Position numbers and translations under genes: made by a program. A stretch of DNA of 64,000 nt, from IMG/VR virus record IMGVR_UViG_3300035491_000116, positions 2,239-66,238 of that record. The stretch is one strand, 5' to 3'. The stretch comes from a virus. Of this stretch, positions 36,401 through 46,073 are shown piece by piece. The stretch's first letter is position 1; each line of letters opens with the position of its first letter. The notes under the pieces are model-generated. The model worked only from the letters and a program-made list of their open reading frames with translations, did not search any database and was not told where the DNA came from.

Positions 36401-39400
36401 CTACCTGACCGACCTCGCTAAGCCCCTCGAAGGAAGTGAGCTGGTATCTCTAGGGTTCGACGCTTCCGAGATCGTGACGCAGATCGACCTGATCGTAGCC
36501 AGAATCGAGAATATGGTCACCACCCTGACCTGGGCTGGTGGCGCTTACCTCTCATTCAAACTGTTGGCATCAAATAATCTGCTCGCTACCTCTGCGAGAT
36601 GGTCTGACCTGGCCACTAAGTACAAGCTGGTTGAGGTCCGCTCCAGAGAGAACATGGTCGCCATGAGCCAACTGCAGCGTTCTTTTGCAGTTACCGGCAT
36701 GCAGGTCGGGATGTACGCCCGGACCGTTGGCGGCCTGAACTCGGCGCTTGCAGGCACCTCCGGATACGCGGCTTCAGCAGCAGTAGGGATGAGCAGGCTC
36801 GCCGCGGCAGCAGCTCCCTTTATGGCTGCGCTGGGCTGGGCAGGGGTGCTGGCCGGACTGGGCACGGCGCTGTACAGCTTCTTCAATAACAATGCCGCAG
36901 ACACGCTCAAGGAGCAAAGGGAGGAGGTAGACAACCTCAAAAACTCCTACAAGGATCTGAAGGACACCATCGACCAACTTGCGGAGATCCGCCAGCGCCG
37001 AGCTCTGGAAGACCAAGTCGGCGCTTACGGGCGCGGGATCGAAGACATCCAGGCTGAAGTAGCACGGATGGAGGAGACAAAGAGGTTCCTCGAAGCTAAC
37101 GGCGTAAACACCGACCTCATTGTCCGCCAGCTTACTAATCTGGCCACCCAACGTGCAGCGATGGAGCGGGCGCAGCAGGACGCCGCAGAGTCCCTCAGCC
37201 GCCTTGGTACCAACGAGAACGACATCCGGGCGAAGGCTGAGCAGGTTGAGGACGTTACCAACCGGCTGAAGGAACTGCAGAGCCAACTTCTGCAGGCACA
37301 GAACACCAGCGGCCCGAACATCGGTGGCGGAATTGACACCCCCAGAGTGCAAGAGCTGAAGGAGAAGATTGCTGAGCTAAACGTAGAGCTCGATCGTCTG
37401 GTGGAGGAGTCTGCAAACGTCCAGGAGGCCCTGATCTCTGGTGCAGAAGCCTTTGCTATGCAGTTGCGCGAGATTGACGGCTACATCGGGGGCATTGAGC
37501 GGGTAAACGGGCTGTGGGCCAAGACCGCTGAACTCAGCTGGCAGCCTGGCAGCCTTGACCAGGCCGGCTTCGACAAGTTCGCTACGGCACAGGAGAAGGT
37601 TGCAGCGGCTTCAGAGCGGCTCGCTGCAGCCCAGGCCGAGTTGAACAGAGTGCAGGAGGCACAGTCCCGGATTGATGCGGGCTCAGGGACTACAGAGGAC
37701 AGCCGGTTAGTAGGGGCGACCAACACTAAGCGCATCCTTGAGGAGCTCGAGGAGGCTGAGCTCAAGCACCAGGAAGCGATGTGGGAGCTTACCGACGAGC
37801 GACAAAAGACCTCTGCGGCTGACCTTGCTGCCCGCCAGGAGCTGGCCGAGTCACAGATGGATGAGCAGGTATTGGTTGAGCTCCTCCGCTCTCGGTACGC
37901 CGATCTGAACGGCGAGCTCGCTATCAGGCAGGCTATCAGCGCCGGTGGCAGCGAGTACGCTGCTGAAGGGTTGAGGGAAGAGCACGAGATCATCGAAGAA
38001 CTGATGGCCGTGCGCGATCGCCTTAACTCCACGCTGAAAGAAGGGGAGAAGTCTACAAGGTCTGCCTCGGCGGCGGAGCGCGAACTGCAGCGAAGCATTT
38101 CCGAGGCAACGCGCACTTACGAGGCGCTCCTGAAAGCGTCTGACCCGGTAGCTGCCAGCATCAAAGATATGGCGGACAAGGCCAAGCAGCTGGACCTGCT
38201 TCTCAAAGAGAATGAGATCTCTGCAGACCAGTACGCAGTCGCCCTCCGACAGCTCAAGAAAGAGCACGTCGAGTTGACCATCGCCCAGGATAAGAACCGG
38301 GAGTCGCTCGAGAACCTGCGAGATACTTACCTAAGCTCTGAGTTTTCCAGCGAGGCAGAGGACCTCAGCGAGCTGAATCGACTGTACCGCGAAGGTGCTA
38401 TCGAGATGGCCGAGTACGCCCGGATCAAGGGCGAGATGATGGAGCGCAGCCGTGAATCAGCGCTCAACGGGGCGCCTACCGTCAACTACCGCAATCAAAA
38501 CGGCTCAGGAACCCTCGGCAATGAGTTCGTCGGGGCAATGGTTGACCGCAGCGAGGGGCTCAAGTGGTACCAAGACCGCGGAGACGCGCTCTTCGACGGT
38601 TACGAGAACCAAACCACTGGCATCCACCAGGAGGCCGACCAGAAAGCGGCAGACCTCCAGGCACAGCTCGAGGCGGAGGCGATCACCCGAGAGGCCCACG
38701 CTGAAAGGCTGATGCAGATTGAGCAGGAGAAGAACGCAGCGCTGCTGGCCGCCCAAGAAGCCTACGGTGAGCAGTCCAAAGCGCTGGATGACAGCCGCGC
38801 TGAGTACACCGAGTCCTCCAGCAAGGTTGCCACGCTCGCTGCGATGCAGTCTGCGCAGAGCTTCCTCGGTATGTTCGCCAGCGCCTCTGAGGAGGCAACG
38901 GCTCTGCAGAAGGCGGCTTTCATCGCCCAGAAGGCCCTGTCTGTAGCCTCCATCATCATGTACACCGAGGTCGCGGCTATCAGGGCCGGCGCCGAGCTTG
39001 GTCCTTTTGGTCTGCCCCTCGCGGCCATGATTCGAGCCACCGGCTACGCCTCCGCTGGCATGGTCGCGGCCATGGCCATTGGCGATCTGGCTACCGGCGG
39101 CAAAGCATCTTCCTCCGGAAACTACGCAGGGGCTTACGACGACGGTGGTTGGATTCCGCACAACAAGTGGGGGATCGTCGGTGAGTACGGCCCCGAGATC
39201 GTTCACGGCCCCGCCCAGGTTACGTCGCGCCGCCGCACAGCGAACAAGCTGGGGGGAGAAGGCGGAGGAAGCCTGACTATCGCGCCACAGATCAATGTCA
39301 CAGTGGAGGGCGGAGACGGCAGCGAACAGGACAACGAGCGTACCGGTAAGCAGATCGGAGAGACCATTAAAAATGTGGTGCTGGCGACTATGCGAGACGA

Positions 39401-39449
39401 GATGCGGCCCAACGGCATGCTGAACGAGTGGAGGAGAGCAGGTGCTTGA
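33489..39449 (+). CDS. tape measure protein (1986 aa, TP901-type core)
   Basis: TRYTATEVAGGLQELGMAG core repeats, coiled coils, C-terminal YDDGGWIP...GIVGEYGPEIV. Confidence 0.95.
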   Translation: MSQKFEVDFSDALRNLASFNRLMQDAGASLDGLEGKNKKIAEGVGSLLSRTASYYNSLESQLKKAGADMEAVGAAIRSSQQVADAAFAAMATANLNATTQAKALSGELRGVGDLLRDTASKQSYVRWTTRAATVTEETANRNKYLKEALRATHTEEAKEVQVRLTKIAGYNKLYTTETRQMLLTKQLRKDLELQGTAAGRTNSILQARIGVIKAQQQEETLLNGKLEAAKRAYQGELGAARLSLDVQQLRNKAISEAATAETKQTLATQSLTQQLKLQGTEAGATNERLKARISALAQAQTADIKSQATLDNLKRTHEGLRGGIQAEIEVQKVRNKAQTEAVTADVRQAAAMEKLTRDMQQQVSTLGQTMAAMQARLGVVKRAQQEDEKAVGKLGELRRAYESLDGGIQGQIVKQAEMNRGRAQAITAEERERNTVAELRRQIESLNGGLAEQAVHLRHQKSVREQEILGEVRQKQTLADLENTLRSLNGGTQEQIVRVQELIRQRKSQITEDMRAASSTKELTKAEKDAARAAEAEAKAQKELDRQKQHALDLLARLKAQMTTLTGAHAREIQELEKAIAKQKEYNRLLTLSTSELLGFTSAQARAARSLNMSNQSGAMLRATLAGLQTSIGMYTSSTILAAASTYGLARAIRSSIETGTEFGYTMSRVQAIMGAGFGPQIEAGMANAEQVVRALGQSTRYTATEVAGGLQELGMAGLSASQAMVALEPSLNMALIGNISMAESADIATNVMMQFGLQARDLTHVVDIMATAMTSSNTTVTQLANALSYIGPAAESAGFSLEDTTAAIEVLANNGIKASRAGTGLRRMFVNMLNPTAKGAAMLADYGISIDDAEGNTRSFSDILGQLHDALYNDVITPGERTAAVVDLVGVRAASAVTALIASMGKDGGFEAMRMGLDDVAGAASRMREAMEDNLSTDWKSLLSAFQEAQLTLFDGQEDRMRLLTKEMTGYLTDLAKPLEGSELVSLGFDASEIVTQIDLIVARIENMVTTLTWAGGAYLSFKLLASNNLLATSARWSDLATKYKLVEVRSRENMVAMSQLQRSFAVTGMQVGMYARTVGGLNSALAGTSGYAASAAVGMSRLAAAAAPFMAALGWAGVLAGLGTALYSFFNNNAADTLKEQREEVDNLKNSYKDLKDTIDQLAEIRQRRALEDQVGAYGRGIEDIQAEVARMEETKRFLEANGVNTDLIVRQLTNLATQRAAMERAQQDAAESLSRLGTNENDIRAKAEQVEDVTNRLKELQSQLLQAQNTSGPNIGGGIDTPRVQELKEKIAELNVELDRLVEESANVQEALISGAEAFAMQLREIDGYIGGIERVNGLWAKTAELSWQPGSLDQAGFDKFATAQEKVAAASERLAAAQAELNRVQEAQSRIDAGSGTTEDSRLVGATNTKRILEELEEAELKHQEAMWELTDERQKTSAADLAARQELAESQMDEQVLVELLRSRYADLNGELAIRQAISAGGSEYAAEGLREEHEIIEELMAVRDRLNSTLKEGEKSTRSASAAERELQRSISEATRTYEALLKASDPVAASIKDMADKAKQLDLLLKENEISADQYAVALRQLKKEHVELTIAQDKNRESLENLRDTYLSSEFSSEAEDLSELNRLYREGAIEMAEYARIKGEMMERSRESALNGAPTVNYRNQNGSGTLGNEFVGAMVDRSEGLKWYQDRGDALFDGYENQTTGIHQEADQKAADLQAQLEAEAITREAHAERLMQIEQEKNAALLAAQEAYGEQSKALDDSRAEYTESSSKVATLAAMQSAQSFLGMFASASEEATALQKAAFIAQKALSVASIIMYTEVAAIRAGAELGPFGLPLAAMIRATGYASAGMVAAMAIGDLATGGKASSSGNYAGAYDDGGWIPHNKWGIVGEYGPEIVHGPAQVTSRRRTANKLGGEGGGSLTIAPQINVTVEGGDGSEQDNERTGKQIGETIKNVVLATMRDEMRPNGMLNEWRRAGA

Positions 39450-39786
39450 GACCTTTCCTGAAGTAGTAGCACCGGACTGGGGCTTCTCTGACGAGACCTC
39501 GGAGGCCCTCCACGAGGTTCAGTTCGGGGACGGCTACAGGCTAACGGTCCCAGCCGGTATCAACTACCAGCGCGGATCGTGGTCATTGACATGGGAACTC
39601 GACGAAGCTGGGGTTCAACTTCTCTACCCGTGGCTGAAAGCCAGAAAGTCAGTAACCCCTTTCCTTTGGACTCACCCAGATGGGGAGGTTTATCAAGTCC
39701 TGTGCAAGTCGTTGCGCAAGTCCTGGAGGGGTTTCAACGATTACACGGTGTCAGCCACCTTCGTGCAGGATTTTAACCCGGTATGA
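39442..39786 (+). CDS. distal tail protein, lambda gpM-like
   Basis: VQFGDGY...GIN ... FLWTHPDG ... F-x-Q-x-F. Confidence 0.85.
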   Translation: MLETFPEVVAPDWGFSDETSEALHEVQFGDGYRLTVPAGINYQRGSWSLTWELDEAGVQLLYPWLKARKSVTPFLWTHPDGEVYQVLCKSLRKSWRGFNDYTVSATFVQDFNPV

Positions 39787-40493
39787 GCCAGCTCATTGCA
39801 ACTGATTCACAGCGTCTGAACCTGGACGCGCTAGTGGAGCTATTCACCCTTGACGCCAGGGCGTTTGGGGGTGGGATCATGAGGTTCACGCCTACTTCAA
39901 ACGGAGGTGCGCCTCTACTGCATAACGGCAATGCCTACATGCCGGTGCCCATCAAGGCTGAGGGGTTTTCGTGGACAAGTACCGGCACACTCCCGCGCCC
40001 AACGCTAACCCTTGCAGTTCAAGACATCTCGTTCCTCAGCCTGGTGATCTCCTCGAAGGATCTCCTCGGGTGCCCTGTCATGCGGCTGAGGACCCACAGG
40101 AAGTACCTCGATGACGGGTCTCACCCGGACCCGACAGCGACATACCCCGCAGACTACTTCGTCATCAACAAGAAGGCCGAGGAGACCCGGTCGAAGCTGG
40201 TGTTCGAGCTTACTCCGAAGTCCGACCAGGAGGGCAGAAAGATTCCCGCGCTACAGGTTCTCCGGGACAGTTGTATGCAGGTGTTCAGGCGGTGGGATTT
40301 GGAGACCTCCCAATGGGACTACACCAACGCCACCTGCCCTTACGCCGGCGAGGCCATGTACGACATCAATGGGAACCCGACAGAAGATCCGCTAAAGGCC
40401 ACCTGCGGAAAAAGGGGCTCAGACTGCGCCGCTCACTTCGGTGCCACTGCGGTACTGCCCATGTGGGCATTCCCGGGTGTAGGGAGACTTTGA
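39783..40493 (+). CDS. minor tail protein, lambda gpL-like
   Basis: VELFTLD start, PRPTLT, C-terminal Cys cluster (C...CPY...CGKRGSDC...FPG). Confidence 0.9.
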   Translation: MSQLIATDSQRLNLDALVELFTLDARAFGGGIMRFTPTSNGGAPLLHNGNAYMPVPIKAEGFSWTSTGTLPRPTLTLAVQDISFLSLVISSKDLLGCPVMRLRTHRKYLDDGSHPDPTATYPADYFVINKKAEETRSKLVFELTPKSDQEGRKIPALQVLRDSCMQVFRRWDLETSQWDYTNATCPYAGEAMYDINGNPTEDPLKATCGKRGSDCAAHFGATAVLPMWAFPGVGRL

Positions 40494-40494
40494 A

Positions 40495-41211
40495 GTGCTG
40501 ACCAAAGAACAAGAGAACCTGATTCGAGAGCAAGCGGTTGAGGCGTACCCAAACGAGGCGGTATGGGTCCTTACAGAGCGCGGGCTGAAGCAAGTAGAAA
40601 ACGCCCACGAGACCCCGGAAAGCCACTTCAGGATCAGTAAACGCGAGACAGTGATTGCCCACTCTGAAGGCCTGCTGGCGGTAATCCACAGCCATCCAGA
40701 CAGAGACCCTGTCCCCTCAGAGGCTGACATGGCCAGCCAGGTTGCCACAGGGGTGCCATGGGGCGTTCTTTCTTGCGATAGCGAGGCTGCCAGTGGAATC
40801 AATTGGTGGGGAGGTGAGCGCCCGCCACTGCTCGGCCGGCCATTCATGCACGGCATAACCGACTGCTATGCGCTTATCAAAGACTACTACCTGCAGGAAA
40901 GGCAGGTGGTACTGCCTGAGTATCCGCGAGACTGGCGGTGGTGGGAGGCCGGGCAAGACCTGTTTGTAGAAGGTTTTGCTAAAGCAGGGTTCAGAAAAAT
41001 CACCGCAGAAGAAGCCCGACCAGGTGACGTCTGGTTGGCGAAGATCCGGTCCCGAGTGGTCAACCACGGCGGGATCGTTCTCGACTCAGGGCTGATGCTC
41101 CATCAGCTTGGCAGCCCCTCTTCACCGATAGACCACTCGCGCCTGTCGGCCAGGGAGCCTATTGGTCGCTACATCGGGTTCATCACGCATTGGCTGAGGT
41201 ACGAAGGATGA
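40495..41211 (+). CDS. tail tip assembly protein, lambda gpK-like (JAB/MPN + NlpC/P60)
   Basis: IHSHP...PSEAD JAB motif; DCYALIKDYY and NHGGI NlpC/P60 motifs. Confidence 0.92.
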   Translation: MLTKEQENLIREQAVEAYPNEAVWVLTERGLKQVENAHETPESHFRISKRETVIAHSEGLLAVIHSHPDRDPVPSEADMASQVATGVPWGVLSCDSEAASGINWWGGERPPLLGRPFMHGITDCYALIKDYYLQERQVVLPEYPRDWRWWEAGQDLFVEGFAKAGFRKITAEEARPGDVWLAKIRSRVVNHGGIVLDSGLMLHQLGSPSSPIDHSRLSAREPIGRYIGFITHWLRYEG

Positions 41212-41852
41212 TCAGGATTGTATTTCACGGCCACCTGAAGAAGTTCGGAGAAGAGTTTTATCTGGACGCGGCATCCCCGGCGGACGCTGTAAGGGGTCTT
41301 TGCCTCCAGATAGACGGACTTGAGGACGTCATCAAAGCCGGCAATTGGCACGTTATCAGAGGTCCGCTGGAGGAACAGGACGACCTCACTGAGGAGATGC
41401 TAACCCTGCCCTTCGGCGCCACTACGGAGATGCACCTGATCCCGGCTATCGAGGGGGCTGGCAACGCCGGCGGTATCCTCAGCGTGGTTGTAGGCGCCGT
41501 TCTGGTCGTGGCGGGGGTTATGACAGGCAACCCTCTGCTCATTGCCGCAGGCGCCGGGATAATGCTTGGTGGCATCGTAATGATGACTATGGCCGTTCCT
41601 GTCGCGGATTCTGACCAAAACGGACCAGAGGAGAGGGGGTCATTCCTGTTTGGAAAGCCTACCAACTCCACCAAGCAGGGTGGGGCGATACCTCGTGGCT
41701 ATGGCAGGTTCAGGGTAGGCAGCGTGGTTGTCAGCAGCTCCGTCGTTGCTGAACAGTTGCTCGATTCTGACGGCAATGAACTGCCATCAGATGAAACCAC
41801 TCAATCAGTCGACTGGCCGGCTAACTGGCCTGTAAACCAATTTTTTGATTAA
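41208..41852 (+). CDS. tail assembly protein, lambda gpI-like
   Basis: Ubiquitin-like N-terminus, Gly-rich hydrophobic middle, NSTKQGGAIPRGYG. Confidence 0.9.
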   Translation: MIRIVFHGHLKKFGEEFYLDAASPADAVRGLCLQIDGLEDVIKAGNWHVIRGPLEEQDDLTEEMLTLPFGATTEMHLIPAIEGAGNAGGILSVVVGAVLVVAGVMTGNPLLIAAGAGIMLGGIVMMTMAVPVADSDQNGPEERGSFLFGKPTNSTKQGGAIPRGYGRFRVGSVVVSSSVVAEQLLDSDGNELPSDETTQSVDWPANWPVNQFFD

Positions 41853-41864
41853 GGCGCAGGGTAG

Positions 41865-44800
41865 ATGAAAACACTGGACATCCATGGCGCGGGCGGCGGC
41901 GGCGGAGAAAGTCAACGGCAGCCGAGAGAAGCCAAAAACACCCTGCAGTCTACAGCCAAGGCGAAAATCCTTGACCTGATTCAGTACGGCAAGATGCTCG
42001 GCCCGGTAAACGGCCTGCAGTCCATCTTCCTGGACGGCACACCCTTGCAGAACCCAGACGGCACGATGAACTTTGAGGGGATCCGTGTTCAGTTCCGCTC
42101 TGGTGAACCAGACCAAGAGGTTATCGAAGGGTTCCGCGGGGTAGAGAACACCCAGGACGTCTCTACAGAGGTCAAGCACGGCGTTCCTATCGTCCGATCG
42201 GTGACGAACCCAGACGCAGACGCAGCTGTGGTCACCATCCAGCTCCAGGGCCTTTCCAAGCGGAACTCCTCTGGGGACCTACTGGGGCACAGTGTCACTA
42301 TTGCCGTCGAGTGGAGCGTAGACGGAGGGCCTTGGACGACGGCGGTGCAGGACACCATTCGCGGCAAGACCATGAGCCCTTACCAAAGGTCTTACCGAAT
42401 CAACTTCGGGCAGGTGTATGGCACGGTCAACCTGCGGGTATCCCGCATCTCTGAAGACGATGATGATGACTCGGGAACTACCAGTTCCACGTTCTGGGCG
42501 TCCTTCGTCGAGATCATCGACAGAAAGCTCAACTACCCGGAAATGGCCCTCGTCGGGATTGAAGTAGACGCCAGGGAGTTCGGCAACAAGATGCCCTCCC
42601 GCGAGTACGAGATGTACCTGAGTGAGATCCAGATCCCGAGCAACTACGATCCGACTACACGAGAGTATTCTGGGATCTGGGATGGCACCTTCAAGATGTC
42701 GTGGTCTGACAACCCTGCGTGGGCTTTCTACGACCTGGCGACACACCCTGTAATCGGCGCCGGCATGCAAAACGTCGACAAATGGGTGCTCTATCGCATC
42801 GGCCAGTATTGCGACGAACTGGTGCCGAACGGCAAGGGCGGGATGGAGCCGCGGTTCACGATCAACACCCTGTTTGCCAAGCAGGAAGACGCTATTACCG
42901 CCTTGAACACCTTGGCGTCCATCTTCCGAGGCATGGTCTATTGGGGCTCAGACGCAGTCACTGCGTCTGCGGACATGCCGGAAGACCCGGTCAAGCTGGT
43001 CACCCCGGCTAACGTCAAGGACGGTGATTTCACCTACACCGGCACCAGCCTCAAAGAGCGCCACAGCGTCGCTGTGGTCATGTACAACGACCCGGACAAC
43101 AACTACGAAGCCACTCCGCTGGTCTGGGAAGATCCAGACAGCATGCGCCTATTTGGGTACCGAGAAACCAAGGTGACCGCGGTGGGGTGCACTTCCAGAG
43201 GTCAGGCGCTCAGACTGGCCAAATGGATCCTGTACTCGGAAAGGATGGAGACCGAGACGGTTACCTACACCACCTCCGTCGACCACGCTGACCTTCGCCC
43301 AGGCAATATCATCAAGGTCATGGACCCAAGCAGGGCAGGGGCAAGGCTTGGCGGCCGAGTTAAGGTCACAGGGTTAGACCAACTGACCCTGGATGCGGTG
43401 CCGGAAGGGACCGACGAGGGTACCTGGTACCTCAGCGTCGTCTTGCCCGACGGGGTGATTCAGAAGGTAGAGGTTGAGTATTTCGAGGGCAATACCGTTT
43501 ACCTGCTGACCGATCTCGCTTCCGAGCCGTCGGTAGGGGCCATGTGGGTCCTGTCGAGCACATCTCTCGAACTTCCTGAGTTTCGGGTAGTTTCTGTCAG
43601 AGAGGATGGCATCGAGTTCCACATCACGGCCACCGAGTACCACAGGAGTAAATACAACGAGGTTGAGCTCGGGCTCAAGATCCACGAAACACCGGACAGC
43701 CTGATTCCTTCTGGGCCTATACCGGCCGTAACAGGATTAGAGGCAGCTGCGTCCACATACCTCGCAGGTGGGGCCTCCCACCAAAAGGTATCTTTCAGCT
43801 GGTCACCCAGCCCTGACCCGCGCGTTCTCGAGTACGTGCTGGAGCTTTGGGGGCCAGAAGAAACCACTTGGCGCACGGCTTACGCCGGTCCTGGGCTTAT
43901 GCACGAGGAGCTGGACGCCGAGGCCGGCCAGTGGATGGCGCGGGTGAAGGCAGTCAACGGCCTCGGCGTGTCCTCCCAGTGGGTGGCTGCTACGGTAAAC
44001 GTGGCTCACCTGCTGCTGCCGGTTAAGCCTGACTACGTTGATTTCTCTATCGGCACTTTCAGCATCTCACTGCGCCCTCGCAGTTCCTACCCTGGTGCTA
44101 TGTACGAGTTCTGGCGTTCTGACGCGCCACTTACGACCGACCTGATCGAGAGCAACGCCGTCAAGCTATCTGTCTCCACCGACCTTGTCGACACCGGACT
44201 CAGGTCAGCCACGACCTACTACTACTACATCCGAGGAGCCAACGCATACGGGGTTTCTGACTGGCTGCCAGCGCAGGCAACCACAGGTGAGGATTTCGAC
44301 GACATTCTTGACGCTGTAGACACAGAGATCCGCCGACCAGGCGGCCTATTCGAGCAGATGGTTGAGGAGTCGAGCAGCGCCGTCGCCGACGGGGTTGGTG
44401 ACATTGTCTCCGGTCAGGTAGAAAGCGCCATAACTGAAGTCAAAGACGACGTCTCGGCGCTAAAGGTCTCAGCCTACCTCGAGTCGATCAGACATGCCGC
44501 GGCCATGGCAATGGGGGAAGGGGCTTCGGCCAGAGCGGCGGTGGAAGAGGCCGTCAGAGCCTCGGAGGACGCTGACCTGTCTCTTCAGATCACCTCTCTT
44601 TCCTCCACTGTGGGGGCAAATAAGGCCGAGCTTGATCAGGCTATTCTGACCCTGGCGGATGCTGACTCGGCGCTGGCAGCCCAGATCAGCGAGCTGCAGG
44701 CGCAGGTAGGCGGGGACATTTCTGCCGCGCTCGCTCAGGAGGCGCAGGCGCGGGCAGACGCTGACTCCGCGCTATCCAGTCAAGTGTCGACACTGACCAC

Positions 44801-45992
44801 CCAGTTCAACGCCAACAGTGCAGCTGTGCAGGATTCCCTGACAACCTTGAGTGACGCTGATAGCGCCCTCGCTGCGCAGATCACGGCGTTACAGGCACAG
44901 GTAGACGATGACATCTCTGCAGCGCTCTCGCAGGAGCAGATTGCCCGTGCAGACGCTGACAGTGCGCTCGCTGCACAGATCACTTCTCTTGAATCCCAGA
45001 TGGGCACCGACATCGCTGCCGCTGTGCAGGTGGAGACCAGTGCGAGAACCGCTGCCGATAGCGCCCTCGCTGCGCAGATCACGGCGTTACAGACACAGGT
45101 AGACGAGGACATCTCTGCAGCGCTCTCGCAGGAGCAGATTGCCCGTGCAGACGCTGACAGTGCGCTGGCTGCACAGATCACCTCTCTTGAATCCCAGATG
45201 GGTACCGACATCGCTGCCGCTGTGCAGGTGGAGACCAGTGCGAGAACCACTGCCGATAGCGCCCTCGCTGCGCAGATCACGGCGTTACAGACACAGGTAG
45301 ACGAGGACATCTCTGCAGCGCTCTCGCAGGAGCAGATTGCCCGGGCAGACGCTGACAGTGCGCTGGCTGCACAGATCACCTCTCTTGAATCCCAGATGGG
45401 CACCGACATCGCTGCCGCTGTGCAGGTGGAGACCAGTGCGAGAACCACTGCCGATAGCGCCCTCGCTGCGCAGATCACGGCACTTGAGTCCAGCACTGGC
45501 GACCAGTTTGCCTCGGTTCAGCAGCAGTTCACGGCAGCCACTGAGTATACCGACGGGGCAGTCGCTCGGGCCGTGACTACCGCTGAGGTGAACGGCAAGA
45601 AAGCCGTGTTTGGCATCCAGGTGGACGGCGAGGTTTCCGAGATCGGCGCCGTCGCTGACCGGTTCTACGTCTATAACCCTGTGGGGAATGAGTACAAGCT
45701 GGCTTTTGCCGTGGTCAACGGCCAGACGGTCATCGAGACCGCGATGATCGGTGATGCCTCTATCACCGCGGCGAAGATCGCTGAGGCAGCGATCGGCAGC
45801 CTGCAGCTGTCAGAGGAGATCCAGTCCGACAACTACGTCGCGGGCACGACCGGGTGGAGGTTGACGAAGTCCGGACAGTTTGAAATCAACGGGACGATTG
45901 CGGGCTCAGGTAGGACCACCATCACAAACCTTGGTGTATCGGTATTCGACAGCAATGGTGTCAAGCGGGTACAGCTCGGCAAGCTCGACTGA
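41865..45992 (+). CDS. central tail fibre / tip attachment protein, lambda gpJ-like
   Basis: HGAGGGG start, SDNPAWAFYDL, GCTSRGQALRLAKW, FN3 region, DUF1983-like C-terminus (ADRFYV). Confidence 0.95.
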   Translation: MKTLDIHGAGGGGGESQRQPREAKNTLQSTAKAKILDLIQYGKMLGPVNGLQSIFLDGTPLQNPDGTMNFEGIRVQFRSGEPDQEVIEGFRGVENTQDVSTEVKHGVPIVRSVTNPDADAAVVTIQLQGLSKRNSSGDLLGHSVTIAVEWSVDGGPWTTAVQDTIRGKTMSPYQRSYRINFGQVYGTVNLRVSRISEDDDDDSGTTSSTFWASFVEIIDRKLNYPEMALVGIEVDAREFGNKMPSREYEMYLSEIQIPSNYDPTTREYSGIWDGTFKMSWSDNPAWAFYDLATHPVIGAGMQNVDKWVLYRIGQYCDELVPNGKGGMEPRFTINTLFAKQEDAITALNTLASIFRGMVYWGSDAVTASADMPEDPVKLVTPANVKDGDFTYTGTSLKERHSVAVVMYNDPDNNYEATPLVWEDPDSMRLFGYRETKVTAVGCTSRGQALRLAKWILYSERMETETVTYTTSVDHADLRPGNIIKVMDPSRAGARLGGRVKVTGLDQLTLDAVPEGTDEGTWYLSVVLPDGVIQKVEVEYFEGNTVYLLTDLASEPSVGAMWVLSSTSLELPEFRVVSVREDGIEFHITATEYHRSKYNEVELGLKIHETPDSLIPSGPIPAVTGLEAAASTYLAGGASHQKVSFSWSPSPDPRVLEYVLELWGPEETTWRTAYAGPGLMHEELDAEAGQWMARVKAVNGLGVSSQWVAATVNVAHLLLPVKPDYVDFSIGTFSISLRPRSSYPGAMYEFWRSDAPLTTDLIESNAVKLSVSTDLVDTGLRSATTYYYYIRGANAYGVSDWLPAQATTGEDFDDILDAVDTEIRRPGGLFEQMVEESSSAVADGVGDIVSGQVESAITEVKDDVSALKVSAYLESIRHAAAMAMGEGASARAAVEEAVRASEDADLSLQITSLSSTVGANKAELDQAILTLADADSALAAQISELQAQVGGDISAALAQEAQARADADSALSSQVSTLTTQFNANSAAVQDSLTTLSDADSALAAQITALQAQVDDDISAALSQEQIARADADSALAAQITSLESQMGTDIAAAVQVETSARTAADSALAAQITALQTQVDEDISAALSQEQIARADADSALAAQITSLESQMGTDIAAAVQVETSARTTADSALAAQITALQTQVDEDISAALSQEQIARADADSALAAQITSLESQMGTDIAAAVQVETSARTTADSALAAQITALESSTGDQFASVQQQFTAATEYTDGAVARAVTTAEVNGKKAVFGIQVDGEVSEIGAVADRFYVYNPVGNEYKLAFAVVNGQTVIETAMIGDASITAAKIAEAAIGSLQLSEEIQSDNYVAGTTGWRLTKSGQFEINGTIAGSGRTTITNLGVSVFDSNGVKRVQLGKLD
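44859..45482 (+). repeat. in-frame tandem repeat, 198-bp unit, about 3.1 copies, inside gpJ
   Basis: Unit starts GATAGCGCCCTCGCTGCGCAGATCACGGC at 44859, 45057, 45255 and 45453. Confidence 0.95.
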
Positions 45993-46073
45993 GTTGTGGC
46001 AAAAAACCGTGAAAGCAGTAGAATGTTATTGCCGTAAACCCGGCAAAGAGAAAATACGGTAATCGGAGGCGGG

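Noticed and set aside
44859-45482. Tandem repeats as a CRISPR array
   Set aside because: Units are 198 bp, contiguous, in frame inside gpJ and have no unique spacers.
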